From: a virus
Strand: one strand, 5' to 3'
DNA length: 64,000 nucleotides
IMG/VR virus record: IMGVR_UViG_3300029959_000812
Span: 1 to 64,000 of that record
Numbering within the stretch: the first letter of the stretch is position 1; every line of letters begins with the position of its first letter. A model generated the notes under the pieces. It did not search any database. It was given only the letters and a program-made list of their open reading frames with translations, and was not told the DNA's origin. A program made the position numbers and the translations under genes. Below are positions 27,199 through 35,816 of the stretch, one piece after another.

Positions 27199-30100
27199 TG
27201 GCGATGGGCGACAGTCCTAGCGGCGTAGTAATCTGGCAGGGACAGGCAATGCCATTATCGCAGTATAACGCTTCTACAGGCCAGAATGTCGGCGGGGTAA
27301 ACGTTGTAACGGGCGCGCCTTCCGGTACGACTTCGGGCGGATCAGTTGTTACTACTTTTAGGCCGTCGTCTATTGATATTAACGAAGTCAGATCTCGTTA
27401 TGCCGGCTCATACGGCGGAATAGCTGCTAGCTATGCGACAGAAAGCGATTTGTACATGGCTGCACGGCAATGGTACGGTAACAGTGTAAACGTGACCGGT
27501 AGCCTTCCACAGTCGATTGTAGGCGGCGGAAGCGGCAGAGTCGTTGATAATGCCCCAGGGTTCAGCCAGGGCCAGATATCTAACGTCGTGGTCGGCCCTA
27601 ATAACATCGGAGTCTTCTTTAATAGTCCGGGCGCTGATATTGGCAGCGGCGCGTCTTTTTCAAACCTATCCGCAATGGACCAACAGGCAGTTATAAATTA
27701 TGCTGCCGCTAATAACATCAACATATATAACCGGTCCGCGTATACACCGGTAAATCCTGTTTTTACTGTTAACGGTCCTGTCGTCGTTATTCCTGATATT
27801 GGCGGGGATTCCTTTGAGGCTTCGAGGGCTTATCTATCACAATTTCCGAGCGGAACGCCTGTTAAGCTTGAAAACAGTCCCACGATTGCTTTTGTGTGGC
27901 AGGGCGGCATGATTAATAGCGCAGGTCAATACTATACGGGTTACGGTCCGGCTACTCCGGGCAATGTGCCAGGGGGCATTACGGGTACAATTACCGGGGT
28001 GGTGCAGGGACCGCCCGATACTTATAGCGGCCCCGTAATGGTCAGCAATGAAGGGTATGGACAGGGTAATATTATGGTCGTACAGCCGACAGCACCGCAA
28101 CAGATTACGGCAAACCCGTTCGGCGGACTCCCTGGAGCGGTCACGGCTCAACAGATGAGCACCGGACGCGGCGGAACAGCACCGTTATCTAATTACGTGC
28201 CTACAAGCGTAACGGCGCACCCGATGGACGCGGTATCTTATGGCGGCGGCGGTGTCGTGCCGTTTATGTCTGCCGGGTTTTCGTTGCCGAAATATACTGA
28301 TCAGACTATGACGGCATCTATGGCCGGTTGGCAGGGCGTACAAAACTCTGTTAACAAAGTGCCCTCAAACACGTATAATTGGGGCGGATATACTGCCGTT
28401 GATGTTATCGGGGCGCGTGGACTCGTAGACTTTGGGCAGGGCGTATCCTCATATTTTGAAACCGTCACTATGAGCGTTGAAAACGTTGTCGGAAGCGTCC
28501 CGTTTTTTGGCGGCCCCTTAAAAGCCGGAGTCGGCTTTGTAGGCTCTGGCATCGGCACCGTTGCGGGCGGTATCCCAACGTTGTTTGGCGTGGCAGCTCT
28601 CGGCGGCGAAGCACTAGGCGAACAGATACAGCAGCAATATGCGAAGGGCAACAATTTCCCCGTGTTTCGTGGCGCCGTCGATTGGATGACGGGGAATTAT
28701 AATGTCGTCGTAGGCAATTCCGGGCCGGGCGTCGTCGGGAGCATGGGGATCATGGCCGGGCGTCAGGCAGATAGGATCATGCAAGATCCCTGGAGCGGAT
28801 TTGGCGAGACTGCCGGTATGCTCGCGCCCGCCGTTATAGCTGGTGGCAAGTTTAGCGCAAAAATGGGCTGGACCGGTGGTCCCGGCAGCGCGGTTATTAG
28901 CAGGATAAGCGGGACTGCTGGCGATAGCATGTTAACCGGCGTTATGTCGCGGGGCATGTTCGACGATATTAAAATAAGCGTTAAAGCGGCGTATACAGAG
29001 TTTAGGAACCCGGAATACCGGGGCGTTGTAAGTGCCGGTGTTGACACTATCAAGACTGCGGACAATATCGGTTATCGAAACGTCGTAGCGCCCGACTATT
29101 CTTTATCGTCTAATATTCCGAAGGACATTTACCCGGTGCTTGATAATGTGCTTAATTCTGTGCCTAACGAGTTGAACCGGGCTTATGGTGGCATTACGCA
29201 ATCACAATTCAAGTATTTCGAGCCGCGCATTACTAGCGACCTTGATATTCTCGGTAGGAGTGCGCCGGACGTGGCTTTAAGGGCAGTCGAACAGCTTAAC
29301 TATAGGTTCCCCAGCGAAGCTTACGCGGATGGCACACAGGTATATTTCAGAGGTGCGAAAATCCTTGATATTCACGACGTTGTAAATCCGGGCGAAGGCG
29401 GCGGCATGACTTTCAAAGTATTGCCGACGATCAAGACGAGCCAGATCTACAGGGCGGGCGTAGACTATGCGACCGGGATAAGCAGCGAAGATTTGACCTA
29501 TGGCCTAATGCGAAAATCACAGGCGGTAATCGAGGATACGATCAACCCGGCGAAAAACTACAGATTAGGCAAAGACCTTTACGACTACGTATCATACAGC
29601 CGAGAACTATCTATGCAAGATAGTATTCTCGGAGATCGGCTTAACGTGAATGTCGATAAGATGTTAAGACAAAACTTTCCCTATGAGCTGGAATCGGGAG
29701 TTGTCACGACGAAAAGCGGGCTTGAAATCTACAAGATGATGCAAGAAAAATACGCTCCCACAAACATCCGGGAAGGCCCGTTAGACGTTTACGTATCAAG
29801 TACGCCTAAAAATAGTGGCGTAGTAACAATATTCGATAACGCTGGCGAAGCGGGCATTTTCTCACAATATGACGTATCACCGGGCACGAGCCGATATAGC
29901 TCGATGTATGAAAACATATTCGACAACAGCTATACTAATACGCCCAGGTCTTACAACGAACAGTCATATGAAAGCCCCTCGATTTTCGGAAGCTATTTGC
30001 CAAGAATAGAAATGCCGAGCTATGGCATATCACCGAATAATAACATATTTGAGCCTTCATATGGTTCGTCTTACGGCCCCTATGATCCGCCTTCGATACC

Positions 30101-30413
30101 GTCACCGATACCATATAGCCCGCCGTACAGCCCACCTTATAGCCCATCCATCGGGCCGTATGATCCGCCTTCGATACCGTCAGTAATACCATATAGCCCG
30201 CCTTATAGCCCGTATGAGCAGCCGTATGATAATTCAAAATATTATGACGGAAACGGAAGCGATAACGGATCATACAAACCAGATAGTATCGACTATGACT
30301 TTTTCGGCCAGGCATATGTTAACTTTGATTTCGACGACGGCTATAACTTCATGGGACCGCGCAGACAGACGCGCAAAAAGGGAAAAAGCAAGAAAGGAGG
30401 ACACAAGAAATGA
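27198..30413 (+). CDS. Large protein A2 (1071 aa from ATG 27198), paralog of A1
   Basis: Same conserved N-terminus, C-terminal motif and basic tail as A1. The start is chosen by homology with the A1 start context. Confidence 0.85.
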   Translation: MAMGDSPSGVVIWQGQAMPLSQYNASTGQNVGGVNVVTGAPSGTTSGGSVVTTFRPSSIDINEVRSRYAGSYGGIAASYATESDLYMAARQWYGNSVNVTGSLPQSIVGGGSGRVVDNAPGFSQGQISNVVVGPNNIGVFFNSPGADIGSGASFSNLSAMDQQAVINYAAANNINIYNRSAYTPVNPVFTVNGPVVVIPDIGGDSFEASRAYLSQFPSGTPVKLENSPTIAFVWQGGMINSAGQYYTGYGPATPGNVPGGITGTITGVVQGPPDTYSGPVMVSNEGYGQGNIMVVQPTAPQQITANPFGGLPGAVTAQQMSTGRGGTAPLSNYVPTSVTAHPMDAVSYGGGGVVPFMSAGFSLPKYTDQTMTASMAGWQGVQNSVNKVPSNTYNWGGYTAVDVIGARGLVDFGQGVSSYFETVTMSVENVVGSVPFFGGPLKAGVGFVGSGIGTVAGGIPTLFGVAALGGEALGEQIQQQYAKGNNFPVFRGAVDWMTGNYNVVVGNSGPGVVGSMGIMAGRQADRIMQDPWSGFGETAGMLAPAVIAGGKFSAKMGWTGGPGSAVISRISGTAGDSMLTGVMSRGMFDDIKISVKAAYTEFRNPEYRGVVSAGVDTIKTADNIGYRNVVAPDYSLSSNIPKDIYPVLDNVLNSVPNELNRAYGGITQSQFKYFEPRITSDLDILGRSAPDVALRAVEQLNYRFPSEAYADGTQVYFRGAKILDIHDVVNPGEGGGMTFKVLPTIKTSQIYRAGVDYATGISSEDLTYGLMRKSQAVIEDTINPAKNYRLGKDLYDYVSYSRELSMQDSILGDRLNVNVDKMLRQNFPYELESGVVTTKSGLEIYKMMQEKYAPTNIREGPLDVYVSSTPKNSGVVTIFDNAGEAGIFSQYDVSPGTSRYSSMYENIFDNSYTNTPRSYNEQSYESPSIFGSYLPRIEMPSYGISPNNNIFEPSYGSSYGPYDPPSIPSPIPYSPPYSPPYSPSIGPYDPPSIPSVIPYSPPYSPYEQPYDNSKYYDGNGSDNGSYKPDSIDYDFFGQAYVNFDFDDGYNFMGPRRQTRKKGKSKKGGHKK
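30081..30215 (+). repeat. 78-bp in-frame tandem duplication inside A2 (PYDPPSIPSxIPYSPPYSP)
   Basis: TATGATCCGCCTTCGATACCGTCA…ATACCATATAGCCCGCC occurs at 30081 and 30159. Confidence 0.8.
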
Positions 30414-30646
30414 ATTTTAATACATATTCGTGGGGAATGAACAGCAGACAGTACAGACAGGAACAGCAAGCACAGAACCAGAGGCAACAGGCAGAAAGAG
30501 CGAACGAGCAGCGCCGGGCTAATGCTGCCAGGGTAAAACAGCAAGCACACAGAGTACAGGCACGCCCGCCAGCTTTCAAATGGACAAGCGGAGTTAGCGG
30601 TTTCGAGGTCGGTAATATCCTTAGCAGGGTGAAAAGCTTTTTCTAA
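30410..30646 (+). CDS. Gln/Arg-rich 78-aa protein
   Basis: ORF track. ATGA overlap with the A2 stop. Confidence 0.5.
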   Translation: MNFNTYSWGMNSRQYRQEQQAQNQRQQAERANEQRRANAARVKQQAHRVQARPPAFKWTSGVSGFEVGNILSRVKSFF

Positions 30647-30798
30647 GGATACTATTTTTTTTATTTTCGGCATGTGCAATATTATGATTATCAAAATGTT
30701 TCGGAAACAAACAAAACGGTGTATACAAACCTAAACAAACATAGTGACCGGTTTGTCTTGGTCCCGGTCGCCTAATAATAATTTGGAGTTGATTGTTT

Positions 30799-31146
30799 AT
30801 GGAAGACGGGGAAAACTTTAGACGTTTTGAACGAAAAAAGGCGGATGTTAAAACACTTATTTTAGCTTGCCCTATTCCTGTTACTAAGAGAGAAAAACAA
30901 TTATATATTAACGCTATGGCTAGGTGTTGCGGTTTAACGTTAAATGAACTTTATATTTTACTTAAAGATACCGCTGTTATAGGTAACATCTCCGACGTGG
31001 ACCCGGCATTATTGAAAAAGTTTACCGAATTATACCAATACAAGCTGATGAACGACCGACCGCTTAATTGGCGTTTATCTAATTCGACAAAGCCAGTTAT
31101 AGCCACGTCTAGTCTTTTTTGTTGTTATCGGTGGTCTCTATGGTGA
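30799..31146 (+). CDS. Hypothetical 115-aa protein
   Basis: ATG at 30799 within the track ORF. Its 3' end overlaps the convergent AbrB-like gene. Confidence 0.4.
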   Translation: MEDGENFRRFERKKADVKTLILACPIPVTKREKQLYINAMARCCGLTLNELYILLKDTAVIGNISDVDPALLKKFTELYQYKLMNDRPLNWRLSNSTKPVIATSSLFCCYRWSLW

Positions 31147-31252
31147 CTTGTACCCAATCGCCGGGCTTTAATTTTAAATAGTCCACGATGTTTTTTGGTA
31201 CTGTGATCCGGTTTTTGTATTTGTTTATTTGAGCTTTGAAACTTTCTTTCAT
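31109..31252 (-). CDS. AbrB/SpoVT-type DNA-binding protein (47 aa)
   Basis: Manually translated MKESFKAQINKYKNRITVPKNIVDYLKLKPGDWVQVTIETTDNNKKD. The RITVPKxIxxxLxLKPGDxV core is typical of SpoVT-AbrB domains. Confidence 0.65.
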   Translation of the reverse strand: MKESFKAQINKYKNRITVPKNIVDYLKLKPGDWVQVTIETTDNNKKD

Positions 31253-31255
31253 TAT

Positions 31256-31320
31256 TGGTACTTTGTACCATAATTTATTTATAGCTTGCTATCCAATCGC
31301 TTATATGGTACAAAGTACCA
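31256..31320. promoter_or_regulatory. Divergent promoter region with two TGGTAC-N3-GTACCA palindromes
   Basis: TGGTACTTTGTACCA at 31256-31270 and TGGTACAAAGTACCA at 31306-31320 flank the AT-rich TATA-like TTTATTTATAG. Confidence 0.5.
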
Positions 31321-31336
31321 TAAGGAGGTAAATGAA

Positions 31337-31615
31337 ATGGAAGAAAATACCAGAACATTAACAGAGATCAGGTGTCCGTGTTGTGGCATAATGGTCCCGG
31401 TGGAAATCATACTACACGCAAGCCCATTAGACAAGTACATCGAGTACATAACCGATCAAAACAGTTACATAGATGAAACCGACGAGAAAAAGACATGGCC
31501 CGTGATCCACCTGGAGATGGAAGCCGACACGAAACGACTGATAGAAGATCAGGCGGTAGAAAAATACCATGACAAGCTCGTTAAAATCGGCATGGCCGAA
31601 CCATTAACCAATTAA
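31337..31615 (+). CDS. Hypothetical 92-aa protein with a CPCC motif
   Basis: ATG at 31337 lies 7 nt after AAGGAGGT. The track ORF starts at 31286 with a non-ATG codon. Confidence 0.55.
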   Translation: MEENTRTLTEIRCPCCGIMVPVEIILHASPLDKYIEYITDQNSYIDETDEKKTWPVIHLEMEADTKRLIEDQAVEKYHDKLVKIGMAEPLTN

Positions 31616-31774
31616 CTTTAACAAAAACGTCTTTTTCTAATTTTCATAGGGTTTCTATCCTGTGATTATCTACAGGCTTTCAAATTTGACCGTAGAGCGA
31701 CTTTTAAGGCATGGGTAATAGGAGAAGTACCCACAGACCTACAATTTAAATTTGTATTAAGTAGAATATTCAGT

Positions 31775-32106
31775 ATTTCATCCCTGCGCGCGCGGGCGTG
31801 AGGCTGTCAGCCAGGCAGATAAGCTTACCAGTGTAATTTCATCCCTGCGCGCGCGGGCGTGAGTAACGGCACTGTTAAGGTTACAGAGACATCGACATTT
31901 CATCCCTGCGCGCGCGGGCGTGAGGAAATCGGCTTGAAGCCGATCATCTAAACTAGAATTTCATCCCTGCGCGCGCGGGCGTGAGGTTTCCATTCGTAGG
32001 CTCTGGATTACGGGGGCTATTTCATCCCTGCGCGCGCGGGCGTGAGGGGAATCAAAGGGAACTAATTTCCCCTTGAAAGTAGTCTCCCTGCGCGCGCGGG
32101 CGCTAA
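31775..32106. CRISPR. Cas-less mini-CRISPR array: 5 perfect 28-nt repeats, 1 degenerate repeat, 5 spacers (33/33/33/33/32 nt)
   Basis: Repeat ATTTCATCCCTGCGCGCGCGGGCGTGAG at 31775, 31836, 31897, 31958 and 32019. Degenerate copy at 32079-32106. All spacers are unique. Confidence 0.9.
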
Positions 32107-32126
32107 TATGGTAAAAATGTTAGACT

Positions 32127-32930
32127 CTAATCATCATCGTAATAATGTCCAGGGCAATCTTTGATGTTTGCTCTCCCATCGCATAATGCTTGTATCATTT
32201 GTGTCTTGTCATGGTGCCATATGGGTATGCGAGTGCGGCAATTCTGGCACTCATCCGCGATGCCTTCAACTTTCGGCTGTTCCGGTTCGACGGGTTTCTT
32301 TTTAGATTTTGATTGTCTTTTCTTTTTGGGCTTCTCTATTTGCTCTTTGTTAGAGTCTAATTCGTCTATTTTGTCCCAAACGATTTTATTATTTTCATAA
32401 TGGACATTTGAGACAATCCCATCACGTCTAACCATAAATGAGCCGTCAGAGCTTTCAAACTCGATTTTATTATTCTTGTCGGCTTCGATTGCTTCCTTTA
32501 ATATCATAGTTCTCTTCTTAAGCCTAATATCATCAATTGCACAATATACGAGCCTATATACTGTGTCATCATGCGGGAAAGTCGTATCCATATCAAGAGG
32601 ATTATCGCACATGCCGGAAGCCATGACGTACATAGCATCTGTTGAAATATCCGCTGCGATCTGGTCAGCATCTATTTTTGCTATAAGTTCTTTTGACCGC
32701 TGTTCAGTGTATTTTATAAACTGTTCGCGCTTTTCCGTGTCGGTTAATTCGCGCCCATGTACGAGCGATGCTATGCGGTATTGTTTAAATTCGTCAACCT
32801 CTGCCTGGAGCCGTCTGTTTTCTATTGTAAGTCGTTCAACCTCTGCCTGGAGCTGTTGACTAAGCGGAAGTTCCCCGGCTCTTCGACGCTTCATATATTC
32901 TTTTTGATATGCTGTCTTATCGAATGACAT
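32127..32930 (-). CDS. Coiled-coil protein with a C-terminal Cys/His zinc-binding motif
   Basis: 267 aa with LQAEVERLTIENRRLQAEV repeats and CQNC…H..…C…C.GH at the C-terminus. The stop lies 21 nt from the CRISPR array. Confidence 0.7.
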   Translation of the reverse strand: MSFDKTAYQKEYMKRRRAGELPLSQQLQAEVERLTIENRRLQAEVDEFKQYRIASLVHGRELTDTEKREQFIKYTEQRSKELIAKIDADQIAADISTDAMYVMASGMCDNPLDMDTTFPHDDTVYRLVYCAIDDIRLKKRTMILKEAIEADKNNKIEFESSDGSFMVRRDGIVSNVHYENNKIVWDKIDELDSNKEQIEKPKKKRQSKSKKKPVEPEQPKVEGIADECQNCRTRIPIWHHDKTQMIQALCDGRANIKDCPGHYYDDD

Positions 32931-32992
32931 TAGAGTCTAACCTCATACTATTATGTTAGAGTCTAACTATAAATAGATTGTGAGAGTCTAAC
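32930..32992 (-). promoter_or_regulatory. Promoter/operator cluster: three TTAGAGTCTAAC boxes around a TATA-like CTATAAATAG
   Basis: Boxes at 32930-32941, 32956-32967 and 32982-32992. Further copies lie at 32350-32360 and, inverted, at 32120-32130. Confidence 0.5.
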
Positions 32993-33309
32993 GCGCACGG
33001 CGCGTTCATTCATTTTTATATTAATAATGAAGACGGCGTCTGCGTCTTAGAAAAGAGTATAAATAGGAAAACTACTTATTTTCACAGTTTTAAAAAGTAT
33101 CCTGTTTTGATTAATATATTACTTTATTGCATTTTACAAATCAGGGGTGCAAAACGTACCTATGGCATTAAAGGCTTGTTTTATGGCTACGTATGCCGAA
33201 AAGCACATAATTAGATACAAACGTGTAAATACTCGTTGTTCAGAATATACCCACTGAACAAGACCGTTTGTACATAATTTTTAAATAGTTATCAGTCGTT
33301 ATATCAATC

Positions 33310-34602
33310 ATGCCTAAGATCGATAGGACTGACCGGTTCCATAAAACGGCTGACCAGTGGGAAACGTACATTGAAACTAAATTTCAATCTGCATTGAAAA
33401 GCAATACTATCACAAAAGACGATTATACGCTTATTCGTGCCTTTATTGAAGCGAAAAAGGGTAAGAACACCGAGTATATGACGCTATATCATATCCTCAA
33501 TTTTATTGTACTATGGCGTACTTTTATGAAAGTACCTTACCGTAAAGCTATTTTAAATGACTTCTTATCGGCAAAAGTAGATATGGAAAATTCGACTAAC
33601 AAAACCGGTCAACCGCTTTATTCTAAAACCTATCAGAAAGTTATGGTTGTAACTGTAAAAGGGTTTTTCAGATGGGGCTTAAAAGAATCGAAAATAAAAA
33701 CGTTAAACAAATGGTCAAAAATTAGCGAAGCGCAAATCAGGGATGAGATTAAACCGGTTAAATGCAAGCTAAAAAGCAAAAAGGCCGACGACATCATGAA
33801 AGCCGATGAAATATCAAGGCTTATCGATGCTGCCGACAATTCGCGGGATAGATGCATGATGTCGCTTCAATACGAGTGCGCTTTAAGAGCTGTTGATCTT
33901 GGGCGGCTTCGATGGAGCGACATTACACAGATAAGCGAAAGAGAATCTTCAATAGTCGTTAATAGCAAGACAGATTACGAAAGGCACATATCCACTGTAC
34001 TATTTAACGGATACCTGAATACCTGGAAACGTGACGCTACAAACGCAAGCGATAAGAACGGGTTCGTATTTCTCACGTATGGGACGTGTCAACAGATAAC
34101 ACTTGATGTCGTGCGCGACGTGGTTAAGAACGCTGCAAAGCGGGCGGGCATTACTGACCGGCAAGCGACTCCGCACACGTTGAGACACAGCCGGATCACC
34201 TATTGGTTACAGCATGACGTATCTATCGCCAAAATATGCCTTATGGCATGGGGTGTCGAGTATTCGCCGATGATTAAGACGTATGCCCATTTAGGCAACG
34301 ATGAGACAGCAAAAGAACAGCGCAGGCTTGCAGGCATCAAAGAATCGGAGATCGTGCAGGTTGGCACAATCGAGCTTAAACTATGCCCGGTTTGCGGACT
34401 GAACAGCCCGCCCGGGAAAGGCTTTTGCGGCGGGTGCGGTTCACCGCTTACAGAGGCCGCTATAAACGCTCGCGAACAGGCTAAAAACGACGCTATAAAC
34501 TCTAAAAGCATTACTACGGCAGAAAAGTTTGTTAACGCTCTATTATCGAGCAATATATCAGAGGATAAGCTCTTAGCTCTTATCGAAGGGCTCAAAAAAT
34601 AG
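33310..34602 (+). CDS. Tyrosine recombinase/integrase with a C-terminal zinc ribbon
   Basis: ALRAVDLGRLRW (Arg I), HTLRHSRITYW (HxxR), KTYAHL (Tyr), then CPVCG…CGGCG. Confidence 0.9.
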   Translation: MPKIDRTDRFHKTADQWETYIETKFQSALKSNTITKDDYTLIRAFIEAKKGKNTEYMTLYHILNFIVLWRTFMKVPYRKAILNDFLSAKVDMENSTNKTGQPLYSKTYQKVMVVTVKGFFRWGLKESKIKTLNKWSKISEAQIRDEIKPVKCKLKSKKADDIMKADEISRLIDAADNSRDRCMMSLQYECALRAVDLGRLRWSDITQISERESSIVVNSKTDYERHISTVLFNGYLNTWKRDATNASDKNGFVFLTYGTCQQITLDVVRDVVKNAAKRAGITDRQATPHTLRHSRITYWLQHDVSIAKICLMAWGVEYSPMIKTYAHLGNDETAKEQRRLAGIKESEIVQVGTIELKLCPVCGLNSPPGKGFCGGCGSPLTEAAINAREQAKNDAINSKSITTAEKFVNALLSSNISEDKLLALIEGLKK

Positions 34603-34966
34603 TCCTATGGAATTTTTTTGCCTCTTTTTTAGAAAATAATATCGTACATGGAACTCATTTTTTATTATTTTCTTGATTTTATTCGGCATACAGCGCTTAC
34701 TACTTAACCGCAAGCTATATATTATAGCAATGACTTGTATAATATGCGAACGTTATACAAACCATTGTATAACCGCTGGAATAGGAGAGAAAAAGAAAAA
34801 TTGATTGAACAGGTGATTAATATATGATTCTGAACATGACAGCACACGCCCCCGGCGACGTGAATAAGTACCGGCTGACGTGTTCAGATACGCGCACTCG
34901 CCGGGTATAAGCGCAAAAATCTTTTCTGCAACTGTCGGCCCTTCACGATAACAGGACCGATAAAGT

Positions 34967-35155
34967 ATGACCTTAAGAGTTTGCCCAGTTTGTAACGGGC
35001 AGTTTGACGACGAGACCAAATATAGGACGTGCCAGGCATGCAGGCGGGCGTTTATCGCAGCCGGTCGCAGAGGCGGCACCAACACATTAACACGCCACGG
35101 CGTAGAACATTTTACCAAAATCGTAACTGATAGACACAACGGAGCTGGTAACTAA
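34967..35155 (+). CDS. Zinc-ribbon protein (62 aa)
   Basis: CPVCN…CQAC. First gene of a tightly overlapping plus-strand operon. Confidence 0.5.
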   Translation: MTLRVCPVCNGQFDDETKYRTCQACRRAFIAAGRRGGTNTLTRHGVEHFTKIVTDRHNGAGN

Positions 35156-35310
35156 TGCAGGCCGGCCCGATCAAAGTTTACTCGCAGGATGTTATTAACT
35201 CACTGCCATTAGTTCACCGGATAGCGTTGCACATGGAAGCGCAGGCAGGCCGGTGTAGAATTGTCGATACACAGGGACGCGACGTTGTAAAAGCGGGAGG
35301 CGTAAACTAA
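35155..35310 (+). CDS. Hypothetical 51-aa protein
   Basis: Manually translated (MQAGPIKVYSQDVINSL…). TAATG overlap upstream. The next start follows 1 nt after its stop. Confidence 0.4.
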   Translation: MQAGPIKVYSQDVINSLPLVHRIALHMEAQAGRCRIVDTQGRDVVKAGGVN

Positions 35311-35311
35311 T

Positions 35312-35599
35312 ATGTTTTTAGAAAAAACAAAAAATAGAAATTCGCGCCCCAAGGGGATCTACGAATCTAACGGCACTGCATTGTACGACGCGGGAGTAGA
35401 TAAGGCTTTCCCGTCGAGCTATCAGATTTACAACGCTTTACCCGAGGATTATTCGACAATATCCGAGAAAACCCTCGCTAACAAAACCGGTAAATCCCTG
35501 ATCTTCATCGAAGCGACATTAACTAGGCTATTGGAACAGAAAATGGCTTACGTGTATTGCGAGGGCGGGATCACGTTCGCAGCGAGGAGGCGGCATTAG
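35312..35599 (+). CDS. Winged-helix-like protein
   Basis: ISEKTLANKTGKSLIFIEATLTRLLEQKM. Confidence 0.5.
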   Translation: MFLEKTKNRNSRPKGIYESNGTALYDAGVDKAFPSSYQIYNALPEDYSTISEKTLANKTGKSLIFIEATLTRLLEQKMAYVYCEGGITFAARRRH

Positions 35600-35600
35600 T

Positions 35601-35816
35601 ATGCAGGACTTTTATAGAAATGCTGTCTGCTGTCAGATAAGAATGTCTCGCGGCACAACACGGACCATTATTGCCAAAACCCTCCGCATGAGCCTTAATC
35701 GGGTTGATCGTTACGTTGGTTATCTAAAATATTATAAGAAGATTACCGAGGACAAAGACGGGATACTTTATCCAGCGCCAGAAACGCGCCGGACCTGCGG
35801 AGGTCGGGCCGTATGA
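35601..35816 (+). CDS. HTH/winged-helix-like protein
   Basis: TRTIIAKTLRMSLNRVDRYVGYL. Confidence 0.5.
   Translation: MQDFYRNAVCCQIRMSRGTTRTIIAKTLRMSLNRVDRYVGYLKYYKKITEDKDGILYPAPETRRTCGGRAV

Noticed and set aside
30100-30215. The YSPPYSPPYSPS repeat in A2 as an RNA polymerase II CTD mimic
   Set aside because: It is short, Pro-rich and low-complexity, inside a probable structural protein of an archaeal element. A linker is the simpler explanation.
34753-35139. 128-aa minus-strand ORF
   Set aside because: It overlaps the first gene of the tightly coupled plus-strand replication operon (34967 onward). It has no SD, and its composition looks like an antisense frame.
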